A program made the position numbers and the translations under genes. 64,000 bases of DNA from Phoronis australis (lineage: Eukaryota > Animalia > Phoronida): positions 854,736 to 918,735 of the forward strand of contig NMRA01000090.1 of the NCBI GenBank assembly GCA_002633005.1, in the 5' to 3' direction. The notes beneath the pieces were generated by a model, which saw only the letters and a program-made list of their open reading frames with translations, was not told the DNA's origin and did not search any database. Below, piece after piece: positions 25,749 through 38,000 of the stretch. Position 1 is the first letter of the stretch, and every line of letters begins with the position of its first letter.

Positions 25749-28293
25749 ATTTGTGAGGCTGTCGACTTTACCTCTGCTCTTGTGAAATGTGCAGTAGACT
25801 TTCAAGTACAACGTATTCAGACAAAATGTCCGATAATTCCTCATTGGTGGATTCATTGCCAGAATAGCATTCCCTCATGATCATGAATGAAGGAGAACTA
25901 ACAGAAAAGTTGGTAATGTGGCTCAGCCATTCTGTATTGTCGCTCTTGTAGTTATTATCAATAATTTTTGCTGTTAGCAGTCCTGATTGGAAAATGGCAT
26001 TTTGTCTGATTACTTTTTACCTCGTGGTGTATTTAAGATATGGACAGGTGTACGCGTTGTTTTGGTTACAGTTAAGTTTGGTTACAACGAACAATTTAGA
26101 AACTTCGGTTCCTCGAGGCTTTTTTTACTTTTTCACTGTATCGTGAACTAGGAACCTCTTTCTCAAAAAGACTGTTGTCTTTTGTCCTTGGACTTTTGTC
26201 TAAAAAGCAGTCTATGGATGACTTAACCTGTTTCACGAATTTCTGTCTGCAACTTGAAGTGAAAAGGCAGAAATCTGTATTCTGCTCGAAAGAGACAAAA
26301 CGTTTCGATAAACACAACATGCCAAAGAATAAAGTTTTAGCTATTTGTAGCTAGAGTTTTGCTACAAATTGTGTTAATAGTCTCTCTGAGAAACAGACCG
26401 CTCCCCTGACAGGTCACATAAAATTTTCCTTACGTTAGAAAAGGATCTCGCCACCATAAAAGCTTTAGTTATTAGTTCATAGGTATTTTGTCGAGTGAAA
26501 CAGTCGTCTGGAGTACGGCCGCAGTAGAGTGGTTTTGGTCCCCTAACTCCGATATTATTCAGGACCACACGATGGTTCCCAAAATCGCATGAAAGAAGTT
26601 ATTTTTTCAGTTTGAAACACTGTCCTCGCACGTGCTTGAAAGGTTCATTTAAAGTCACCGCATCCTTGAAATGTGGAAATAGGGTGCAACTCCATTGAAA
26701 CAATGGTGACAAGTAAACACTTTCTAGTAAGACGTCCACAAAAAATTGTCATCGTCTTTTCTTTGAAATTGTTTTTGGCTAAATGAAACAAAATTCCTTG
26801 TTTTGGGTATAATTTTAATTGGCAACCTGGAGCCACCATTTGTGACACAATTTTAAGTGTGTGTGTGTGGGGGGGGGGNNNNNNNNNNNNNNNNNNNNNN
26901 NNNNNNNNNNNNNNNNNNNNNNNNNNNNNNNNNNNNNNNNNNNNNNNNNNNNNNNNNNNNNNNNNNNNNNNNNNNNNNNNNNNNNNNNNNNNNNNNNNNN
27001 NNNNNNNNNNNNNNNNNNNNNNNNNNNNNNNNGGGTGGTTGGGAAGTGATTGGTTCTCTGGGCAACCAGTTGCTTGAAACGGTCTAAAATAGGGATGCAA
27101 CTAAGCTCCCTAAATCATCAGTGCTTACATTTTTGACTTTATTTATTTACAAAAAGTATGTTTTTCTACCTCCTTACCTTTATAATTACAAGGCTAGCTC
27201 TTCATTTAGTTATGCCATAACAATGTGGAGGCTGATCTCATATTTCAATTAATGTTAATAGGGACCTAGTCCAGGAGTTAGGGACGTTGCATGAAAGTGC
27301 CCCTATTTATTTCCAGCAATAGTAAGAATTCAGAATAGAGTTTACTACTGTTGTGTACAAAAAAGTTAATATCCGGTTCAGTGATGAAGTTAAAATGGCA
27401 TTAGAAAGTTCAATCAGTGTTTGCACAAGACGGCAAATGTGGTTTTTTCGAAACATGAAATAAGTCACTGGTTTCCCTTTGCTATCCGGAGACTCCGATT
27501 TTCGTGGGATTGAGAAAATGATCTTCAACTGTATTGTCTGTTTTATTTGTTTACTTATGATTGGGCTCGAAAACTGGGCTGCTTCATACCCAAATTGTAC
27601 CTTTTAAGATAATATTCTTACCAATTGCCTTCATTTTGTAAAAATTTAGTTCGAGTTAATTGGCTTATCTTAAGATTTTGATGTTCAAGCCGTCAGACGT
27701 GTCTCTTGAATTCAGTTTTGTCTCAGTTACGTTTTACTTGTCACAATGCATTTCTCAAACTGTGTATCATGTACATGTATCATGTACATGTATGTACATG
27801 TACATACATGTAAGTTGTTTCCATTTAGCAATGTATGGACGATGAGCCCTACAGTTGGGCATTAAACTTTAAAGGGAGTATGCAATCATGGCAATCGCTT
27901 TATTACTTGTTGTTACGTACAGTGTAGGCTGAGGGTAATTTGTTTAAACTGTGAAAGAAATCTGTTTCGTTAGATCTGAAAACTGTCCTTGTGTCTGAAA
28001 CTTGAAATTTGCTCAGATTTTGCAAGATGTCATTTATAAACATGACCTAGTTTTGTACTTATGTTCAACATGTAGCAGGTGGGAGTTGACCTGTCATATG
28101 TCAGTTTTAGAATATTGTTTTCTGTTGTTGCTCTTCACGTCATTCTCAGACATATATGTGGCTTGATTTTGTATGCGCCAATGTAGAGGACATTGCTTGT
28201 TAAATAATTTATACTCTCACCAGGACCACTTTATGTATAATTGGAGATTTGTAGGTTGAGGGGCTGCACATTGTTAATGCAAAGCAAGATTTG

Positions 28294-28329
28294 AATAAAT
28301 TATGTTGCTCAAGTATGTGCGGAAATAAA
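28294..28329 (+). terminator. Candidate polyadenylation signals of the SLC22 gene
   Basis: AATAAA at 28294-28299 and 28324-28329 at the end of a T-rich plus-strand tract, followed by GT-rich sequence. Confidence 0.45.
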
Positions 28330-28448
28330 TTATCATTTTCCAACTGTGAACCGGTGCTTAGTTAATTTTGGTGTTGACATTTCACATAGGAATTTTAAAT
28401 AGAAATGTATCCCACCCACAGCAAACAACTGGTCACCAATAACAAATA

Positions 28449-28454
28449 TTTATT
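28449..28454 (-). terminator. Candidate distal polyadenylation signal for SCAMP
   Basis: AATAAA on the minus strand followed by GT-rich sequence (TTGTTATTGGTGACCAGTTGTTTG). Confidence 0.4.
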
Positions 28455-29483
28455 ATACAGCCATATGAAATAACAACATTCTCTATATACAGCCAATACA
28501 TATCTGCAAGCCAAGCAGAACCACTTACTAAATTTACAGGGTATGACCAAGCAACCTGTGGTCAAAGCCAGCAATCCAATCCTCATGATGACAGCACCTT
28601 CAAAAACCCTGACCTCCAGTGTTTCGGTGAGAAATCTGGTCTCCAGGACTAGAGTTGTTCCTGGGTATGGAGCACTTTCGACTGGGTGTGAATTGGTACT
28701 GCTTGTTCGGGTGATCACAGGTGCAGGACTAGGATTTAGGGATTGCAGCTGAAACCTAGAGGCGAAGGCATGGAATCGTTTACGCACCCTGTAGGTCAGA
28801 AGATTGGATTACAGTGTACAACATACCTTTCACTGGTTAAACAAAGCACATTTCAATGGACAACTGTTCAACACACCGCTGATCAGCAATATGATCAATA
28901 GTGTTACCCGAAATGCATGTTTATAACAGCAGGCGTTACAAAATGAACGAACACAGCAGTTCAGTCATGCATTCAAACAGTACAACAAATCATTGATTAC
29001 TTCAGGAATTAAAACGAATAACAACTTTCCGACCAGTTTATAAACGATAATGCATTCTCCAGTCACCTAAATTACCATTCCAGCTATCTTTTAGTTCAAA
29101 GCAATGGTCATTATGATGGAGCAACTATACATATTAATCACATACTGATAAACAACCAATACTCAACATAAGTAAATAAATATTTTAATTAAAATGGTAT
29201 GGCTTAAATCATATTTAGAGTTGGCTTTGCACAGCATGGCCTCATGCTAGCATCTTTGGCAATTTCTCAGTCAATAAAATCATCAAACGCCCAGCTACAC
29301 GGAACTCCTTTCCGGAATGTTCGAGAAACGTCGTAACAACTTGAGGAAATGACTTGAGGGGACGACAACTTTTGACCCAGAACATGCCTTGAATATGATG
29401 CCATCATTGATCATTACAGTTCGCATTCGAGTTATTCAACACAGCTGGTTCCTCTCTTTCCTGTTTACTAGATCATTCTGGAA

Positions 29484-29545
29484 ACTACCTCGGCATAACA
29501 GGGTTCTAAACAGACTACCTCGGCATAACAGGGTTCTAAACAGAC
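29484..29545. repeat. Perfect 30-bp tandem duplication
   Basis: ACTACCTCGGCATAACAGGGTTCTAAACAG x2. Confidence 0.85.
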
Positions 29546-30569
29546 AACAACACAGAAGTGGCATTTACCCCCTTCATGTCACACCACACATACGTTCAAC
29601 AGAAACAGGACCCCGTAACTTAAGTCACCTGACACATGCATGTTAAGTGACGCATGTTGGCAAGTAAGTCGTTGAAGACAAGAGTGAAATGTTAAGAACT
29701 GTGTGAGAGTGGACGCTATGGCTTACAGAGAATTTTGAAATGTTTACAAATTTGGCATGCATTGATTTGTGGGAATCGAACTGAAATTGCTTGTGAACAA
29801 GTCGTGAAGTACAGGTAAAGACTGCGGACAGTGCTTGTCACTGTGCGCCATGGGGTCAATGTTCTCATCCTGACCCTGCACAGTGCGACCACTGGCATGC
29901 CATTGTAGTTCCAATCCGTCACGAACATTGCCTAAATTATGCAAGATAGGTTCGCAAATACAGTGCGAACAGGAATCTACTGAAATGGCACATTTTGCCA
30001 CAACAAATATCGTGTCAAAACTCCGTGCTAAAGTCAGGGTGGATTTACATTTATCTACAACTATAGTACAAATACTATGGACTACATCACATCAATGAGC
30101 CCATCTTACTGCAATACTATTCACATTAATATTGTGAATACTCATTATACCTGGAGACAATCCCACTAATCATCAATAAACAAAGTGAAGCAACACATCG
30201 GGCCGGCAGGGATAGCAGTGCTACCAGTTGACTAGAAAGCAGCACCTCAAGCCAAAAGCTCGTCAGCATTACACAGCTAGGATAGTTCATTTCACCAATC
30301 GACCAAAATGTACAAGTCAACCGATGTCAACTATTATGTCGTTATACAATAACTGCAATGCCAATAATAATGAAGACACAATAGCCAATATATGTAGAGT
30401 GGGAGGGAATGTAGTGAGAGAGCACCTCGAATACCCATAGTTAGGTACTTCACTATACATCCTGCGAGCACCACCAGCACAAGGGGGGCATATATGCAAT
30501 GGATTACGTCTATCATGAATCTTACTCACGCAGTCGGAGTGTGATCACTTCTGAAATGCGTGACGAGAC

Positions 30570-30630
30570 ATTCATTGCATTACTCAGAGGCACTGGTAAA
30601 TTCATTGCATTACTCAGAGGCACTGGTAAA
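30570..30630. repeat. Perfect 30-bp tandem duplication
   Basis: ATTCATTGCATTACTCAGAGGCACTGGTAA x2. Confidence 0.85.
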
Positions 30631-31325
30631 ATTCAGGGGCATTGCTGTAACTCATCCCAACATATTAGGCATATCAACATATTCCTACAATCAAAGCATA
30701 TTACAACCTTTGCCAGGTGTTTCAATATGCCAAACACCAACAACCCCATCTTGTGCTTCATCACAGAACTAGCCGGTTGAACTGACGGCCATACTAGTTT
30801 CAACTCACAAAAATACACCTGTCAATTCCTACCAATTGAGTTCAATCAGTACCTAAACTGGTTATTCCATACAACTAGCATCCAATGATAGCCAACTTTA
30901 CAACCCAAAAATCACTTGCTATGAGACTAGGATGTCAGCACAAAACCAAAGTGGTCTAGCGCATTTGCATGTAGGTTAGACAGAACCAAGCAGCAGAGAG
31001 GTGACATCCTTAGGTACAACAATGAGCCATTGCCGTTAATACTTAGCAAAGTAATTATGTTTCGACAATTGCACCTTTGATATTTCAACTTATAACTTCT
31101 AATAGTTTTCAAAAAAAGATGATGTTTCTTTTTGTAAAAAAATTGGCCAAACGATGAACATAAACTTTCAATCAACTCTTCAGTCGGGCAATTTCAAGTT
31201 TTACTTGATCTTGTCTGGTTTCCTTCCCAAATTTCATAGAATGCCGTCACCTTTTTTGATAACTACTGACTCTTAACCTGGAAAGCTGGTGACCCTTGAC
31301 CTTTAGCCTACTCAAACCCATATCA

Positions 31326-31461
31326 CAGGGGTGGCGCAGCACTGAAAAAAGTGGGGGGACTACAGTCCCCTCAGCCCCCTGTGGTGCATTGCCTACAGAC
31401 CAAGTGCGGCGTAGCACAGTGGGGGCTATAACCCCCAGCCCCCTATGGTGCGCCGCCCATG
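31326..31461. mobile_element. Small GC-rich MITE in the SCAMP 3' UTR region
   Basis: TIR-like CAGGGGTGGCGCA ... TGCGCCGCCCATG, TATCA on both flanks, internal GGGGG.CTA.A..CCCC.CAGCCCC repeated twice. Confidence 0.5.
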
Positions 31462-32016
31462 TATCAATGAGTCATGTCTGTACCTAAAGCCAACTCTTAC
31501 ATAGACAAGCTGGTGTCTAACTAAAGACGTGTAGTCCAATTCTCGGCCAAGCAATGAAATCAACACCATGATTTACATAAGAAACGGGATTACACTGTGT
31601 AGTCACTTGAACTTTACATCACTACTACCTACACTGATAATTCACAAAAAACGTTCCACAAGAAGTAACTATCCAACTTACGGTGAAATCTCACCAATTC
31701 CGGACAAAAATAATGACGAAAATTGTTCTTTTCTTGCATTTCAAAGCCATGTGAAATTGTTGCGAATGCCCACAATTTCACAGAACATCGTCTTATAGTA
31801 CATAATGTAGCTATGGAATCAAATTGACTGAGCAAGCATGTATTTCATGCTATTTCTCTTTTACATCAATCAACATATATGAGTCCACTTGTCTGTCACA
31901 TTATCTCCTAAATCCGAGAGATTCTACCGTAAATCTTGGCGCTAAGTTATTTTCAAGAAGTCAGTAATGAAAGTCCGATGATAGCAGAAAGTCTAATAGT
32001 CAGCACTGGCTCTTGG

Positions 32017-35000
32017 CTAATATCGGTTACCGGCAGCCATGTTCCGCACGGCACCCTGGGCTGCCGCCCCTGCCGCATTCTGAACGGCGTCATTTTTCAT
32101 CACACCAGTAGCAAACTCCTGCTGTGCCTTCTGAAAGCTAGCACCAGTGCTACGGTATAACCGATGAACCTGTAAGGATCGGAATAAAAACATGAATTAA
32201 CAATAAAACAATTTAAAATGATAGGATCTCCTATTATCCCAAACTCTCTGCATCAATTGTGACATCTCTTTCTAAAGCTTGAAAAATTGAATTAAGCAGT
32301 TTATCCATTCCCTTTCAAAGAACTGAGGCTTTTCTGTGTAATCCCCGAACTGTACGACAGGGTGGAAGGAATTTTTAAAAAGTATTCCTCAAGAACACAT
32401 TCAGCAACCTAATGCACAGCCGTGTCCTTGCAGTTTCAACTGTTCTCATTTCACGCAAAATGGTCACCAAAATCGTAGCCAACTTTTCCAATCGTAGAGT
32501 CGTGGGGACTTCAACTAAAGAAAACTAAACATCAAAAACTTAGCAAATGAAGATAGTGTTATAAAAAGCTTCGATTGTTATGCACGGCGGTATCTCACTA
32601 AGTCATGCATAATCTTGATATTTTGTGCATTTCTCAGGCCTTTGCACAGCAGAACTAGGGTTACAGGAGGTGAGATCCAGAACATTTTGAGCAAAAGATT
32701 TGCTTAAAGTCTACATATTCCTTCGATGCATTCGTAGCTCACATCAATTTTTTGTAATTAATGTTTGATTATTTAGTCAAGTGCTGCTTTCCGATATATT
32801 GTTTCACAAGTCAACAAGATTTCTTTGGTGTCACCGGATGTTGACGAGCTGACAACTGTCCATAATACCTTTTAAAAACAAAAGCGGTACCATAGATGAA
32901 ACCCAGCCATACAAGTAGAGATTATTCTATAGAGACTTACCTTTATCAATAACAGAATACTACCCACAGCACAAAGAGTAAACAAACTGGCTATAACCAT
33001 CATCAATATTCCAACACCCAGGTTATACTTTGAAAGTGTAAACGCATTGATCCAACCGCTGAAAAAAAGTAGAAAATAAATAGAATTTTCCAATACAGCG
33101 TCGGCGTATTAAATGGTATTAATAACAAACACTTGGCTTTACCTGGAATTCGTTTGGTGATGACAAAAATTCAAAGTAAAGGTAATTCACACTAATCTTG
33201 TGATCATCAGACAAAATGATGGGGAATTCCCAGTCATGTCTTGTGCACAGGAAACAAATTTATCGTTAGAGTAGTCTTCCCTTGTGACCGAGAATGAAGG
33301 GAAATCAACAAAAAAGTTAGAAAGGTGGCACAGCCATTCTCCAGCAATATTTGCTGTTAACATATTAACCATCATAATAGGAAAACAGTATATTGTATGA
33401 TTACATTTGCCTTGTAAACATTCTCTAAGTCCCGTCAGCCTGACATCTGTTGGCCACATAATGTGACTAATGAACACAAGTCATGTATACAGTTGCCTTG
33501 TTCTGTAGTTCTATATGTATGTCAGTATGATAACTATGCCGTCAAAAAAAGTTGCCTACTTACACTGTATAACCACTGATGCCGATACATTGCACGACGT
33601 TGCATATAAATTGAAAAAACATGACGAAGAAAAACGTGAAGAAGTTGACTGAGCTGTCGCTTCTGAAAATAGATCATAAGGTATCAACACACAATCGCTC
33701 ACTAGAACATGACAAGTTAGAACATTAATTCATCGTGTGAAAGCCAATTTATAACACAGAGTTAAATATAATTTAAAACTTACAATGCAGTAAGTTTCGT
33801 CAAACTGTTTAAGCTAGAATGCCCAATTAATGTTCATTATGGAAACTTCATGAACAACAAGAGGATATAAGCACACAGTAAATTCAATGTGCATTTAAGC
33901 TAACGCATTTTAACATACCAGACTAAGGCACACAAACAGTACTTTCAGGGCTTGTAATGACCAATGATAAAAGAGAGGAAAATTTTCCAGGTGATATATC
34001 GTTTCATAAATGAATAGGCTGTGTCATAGGAATATCTTTTTACTGTAGTAAAATTTAACTGAAATCGAGGTTTTTGCATGAATTAAGTCAAAGAAATGAT
34101 AAAAAGAGAGACCAAAAAGGAGGAAAATGAAAATCAAATCAGACGAAATCGAAATCAAAAAAGAGGAAAATCCTCTTGAAGAAGGGAAATTCAAAGCCCT
34201 GTACTTTTCAAAATAAACTGGACAATGTCAAATTGATGCGTCATTTTTCATGAAACAGATGCCTGGTATAAAAGGGAATTTTGTATACGGTCATTTCTCT
34301 AACACTTTGTATACGGTCGTTTCTCTAACAATTTGTACATGGTCGTTTCTCTAACACTTTGCATATGGTCGTTTCTCTAACACTTTGCATATGGTCGTTT
34401 CTCTAACACTTTGCATATGGTTGTTTCTCTAACACTTTGCATATGGTTGTTTCTCTAACACTTTGTATATGGTCATTTCTCTAACACTTTGCATATGGTC
34501 GTTTCTCTAACACTTTGCATATGGTTGTTTCTCTAACACTTTGTATATGGTCATTTCTCTAACACTTTGTACACTGATGTAAAATTTGTTTTTCCCGTGA
34601 CAGCGTTGTTTTCAAACTGATAGTAAGAGACAAAACTTGCTGTACAAACGTATTAGAGACAAAATCAATAGTTCCAATTATTTAAGATAAAACATCCCTA
34701 ACAACAACACAATACTGAGAGCAATGAGGGCCTCCGAAACAATGGCTTGGCCAAGTGAATTATATTACCCCAAGTGAATTATATTACACCAAGTAACAAT
34801 TAAAGTCTCTGATGATGGATCTACTTCAAAGTACATAGTTACACAAAACCTGTATCAACATTGTTTATAAAAACAAATACATACAAGTGAGAAACTAAAT
34901 GTCATTCCACGAGAGCATCTGATCAAAAGTTTGACTCTAGGTCACCGACTCGGATCTTGAAAACACATTTTGTGTACATACCGTACATTCCGGTGGGATA

Positions 35001-38000
35001 TGATCAAAATGTTNTAATATTTGAAATTTTCGGGCCATTATTTTTAAATTAGAGCATCATTAATATTTCGGCCCAAAATTGAACATTTTTGCTTCTAAAA
35101 GATTCAGTTAGTGAAGTTTTAAAGAATCTTAAATGTTCATGTAGATACTGAACCTCTCCAACAGAAGACAGTCTTTGAATTATCAAAGGTGTTTTCATTA
35201 ACCTTCGCTGGAGTGCCAAAATCCGGTAAATTTTGCCCAATTTTGTGTATTTGATTTTTAGCTATTTTTGAGGTGCTCTGGGGGACAGTTTGCGGGATGC
35301 TGGTGATTTCCAACATTTTTGATCAGTTGGCTGTCTGACTAAGAAAATAAAAAATAAAAATGGCTTTTTGTTTGTTTTCAAGCAACAGCCGATACAAAAG
35401 ACATACCATCGCATATTTTACGGTGCCTGACTATGGGCAGTGTGTAGCTGTACCCTATAAACCTTATAGAGGGGCTTTTTTATTTTTGAAAATATGTTTC
35501 TATGGTGATCAAATCAATTGACATCAGATTTTAGATACTTCGACGACTGCTGGCTTCCTGATGACACTTTCTGTAGCTAGATATCTTTGGTGAAATTTCA
35601 TGAAATTTGGCCAAAACGCTTCCATCGAGGAAACAATGGAGAACAAAAACGATGCTAGAGTGCAGCTTAGAAATGATGTTTCGATATTAATCAAAGTCAT
35701 CCTCAGGTACAACAGTCAGAAAACAAAATATTGTAACAGAATATTGTATTAATATTGAAACATCATTCTCAAACATGAATGTGCCATACTAAGAAACTGC
35801 ACAGCTCACTGCCTCACCTGAATGCTTTGTAGACGGGGCGATACCAACAGAGAAACGAACACGGCGTAAACAGAAGGAACCACAAGAATGCCAGTCCGAA
35901 CGTGGCGCCACCATCTACTGTGGCAGCGGGATCCTGAGCGGCGATAAAGAAGGCCAGCGCGCCAATCAAGTTGAACAGCATTGTGATAGAGTAAACTACA
36001 AGAGAATGTGACAAATGAAGCCAATGGTGTGCACATTTTCTGTTGCCCCCTACTGGTGATCATGGTCCTTAACAATTCCGTTACAATTGTTTTCTGAAAA
36101 TGCAATGATTTAACAAGAGAAAAGCAGAGCGTTGATATGCACCCATGTGCATCGCATGTAGCGCACATAAAATGATCATTATTTTTAATATTCCCAGTAA
36201 AGAGAGCAACAGAGAACAAAAAATGGCCTCTAGGAGTTGCATAGCAAGTAATTAACGCTCTCCTCAAACCAACACCCAGTCAGTTACCATGAAAAACTAA
36301 AAATGCCCCTAGGGTGCACAATGGTAGCTAGATATGTCCAAACGATGTCATCCGTTGTCGCGTTCACATAAAGTCAATTGCCAAATCTCTACAGTTCGTG
36401 CAGGGGTTTAGGAGAAAGCAGCTACGCATACAAAAAAGGAAAACTGCCACTAGGGGGCGGGTCACAGAGTAAACGTAATATTGTTGGTCACAAATCTTCC
36501 TCAGTCACGTCCGTCCCAGAAGAAGCACAAATACCACTTCTTAATGGCTTAGACAATATAGACACGGATGACAGAAACAGACTCAAAAGTAACAAAAAAA
36601 CAGCCATTTGGAGGTGTACACTGGGTCAAATCCATCTGGTAAGGCATCATCACCACTCTAATAGTAATGTATATGCCAACTTTCACAAAAAATTCGTCAC
36701 AGAACTCCAATGATACAGAAAAAAACGGATATAAACATTGTACCCAGTCATCAAAATTCATGGTGACTGTCATACAAATCCATTTCCCAAATTTAACACA
36801 GATCCTGAAGAGGGATTAAGAGATACAGCCAGGGAACAAAGAATCTACCACTGTGAGGTGCCACAGCAGTCGAAGCTATTCAAAAATTGTCATCTTATCT
36901 TTTTCCAGTACGGACACATATGCCACTTTTCATAACCATTGTTTGAGTGGTTTGGCGGATTGAGAGGTGGATGCCAAAAACAATTGAACATAATAAAAAC
37001 ACCATCCAGGTGGTGTGCACTAGAAGAAAACTAACTGAAAATGAGAAGATGTGATCACCTCTCCAAGAGGCAATAGCAGCAGTCTGGCCTGAATGAAAGT
37101 CATCGTTATATATTGTCAGTTTCAAACAAATATACTCCGCAAATTTAACAAAGATCCTGCTGAGGGATAAGAAGATACAGTCTTGGACGCAAAAAAACAA
37201 AACCAAACAAAGTTGTCTGAATTCCCTTGTTAGCCGTCATCTTCCCACTATGAACATTCATGCCAATTTTCGTAACCATCCTTAGAGTTATTTGGCTGAC
37301 AGAAAGGCTGATACTTAAAGATTCAAAAGCTGTAAAATTGGCCACTTGGTGGTGCAAATTACATCAAATCCATCCGACAATGAGAAAGCGGTATCATCTC
37401 CCTAACAGATACCTATTTGCCAAAATTCATGAAAATCCGTTACACAAAACTCTGAAGATACAGTTCCAAACTCAAAAAATTAAAATCGTCACTAGGGGAC
37501 ACACTGGTAGCCGGGAATCGTCCAAAAATCGCTCATGCCTCTTAAGCCCGAAAGGAACATATCTGCAGCATTTCACGAACATTCACATTGTAGCAGTGGA
37601 CACTGTATGGATGTCAGACGGAAGTACAGGGATGATGGCATTATGTGTCTAAATACAAATGTGTTGGCGCACAATAATGCATGTGGAAGGTGGGAGACTT
37701 CACTATGAATTGACACGATCAAAGACCAAGTCGGTTGTAACAAAAACAAGGAAACATGAGTCTCAAACAAACAGGCAAAGTATCGACAATTTTGTAACCT
37801 TTCGGGGGAAAGGGAGAGTGGATCAAGAAAAGCATAGTTTGTACACTCATGAAAACATACATAAATAAAAACGGCCTTTACAGCACGCAGTTTGTGAAAA
37901 CCCAAGTGTAATTCAAGCGTACTTAAGTCAATCTTACTGGTTCATTTTAAAAAACAAATGGTAGCTCAGAATAAGAACAAAATTGATTCGAAAACAACTT

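Noticed and set aside
26645-27100. ORFs spanning N-runs (also 6490-6855 and 12348-12824)
   Set aside because: Open only because of Ns; the gaps at 6710-6744 and 26879-27032 abut G/C homopolymers and the missing sequence cannot be interpreted.
34280-34572. Regularly spaced repeats resembling a CRISPR array
   Set aside because: Units are contiguous with no unique spacers, no cas genes, eukaryotic intron: a minisatellite.
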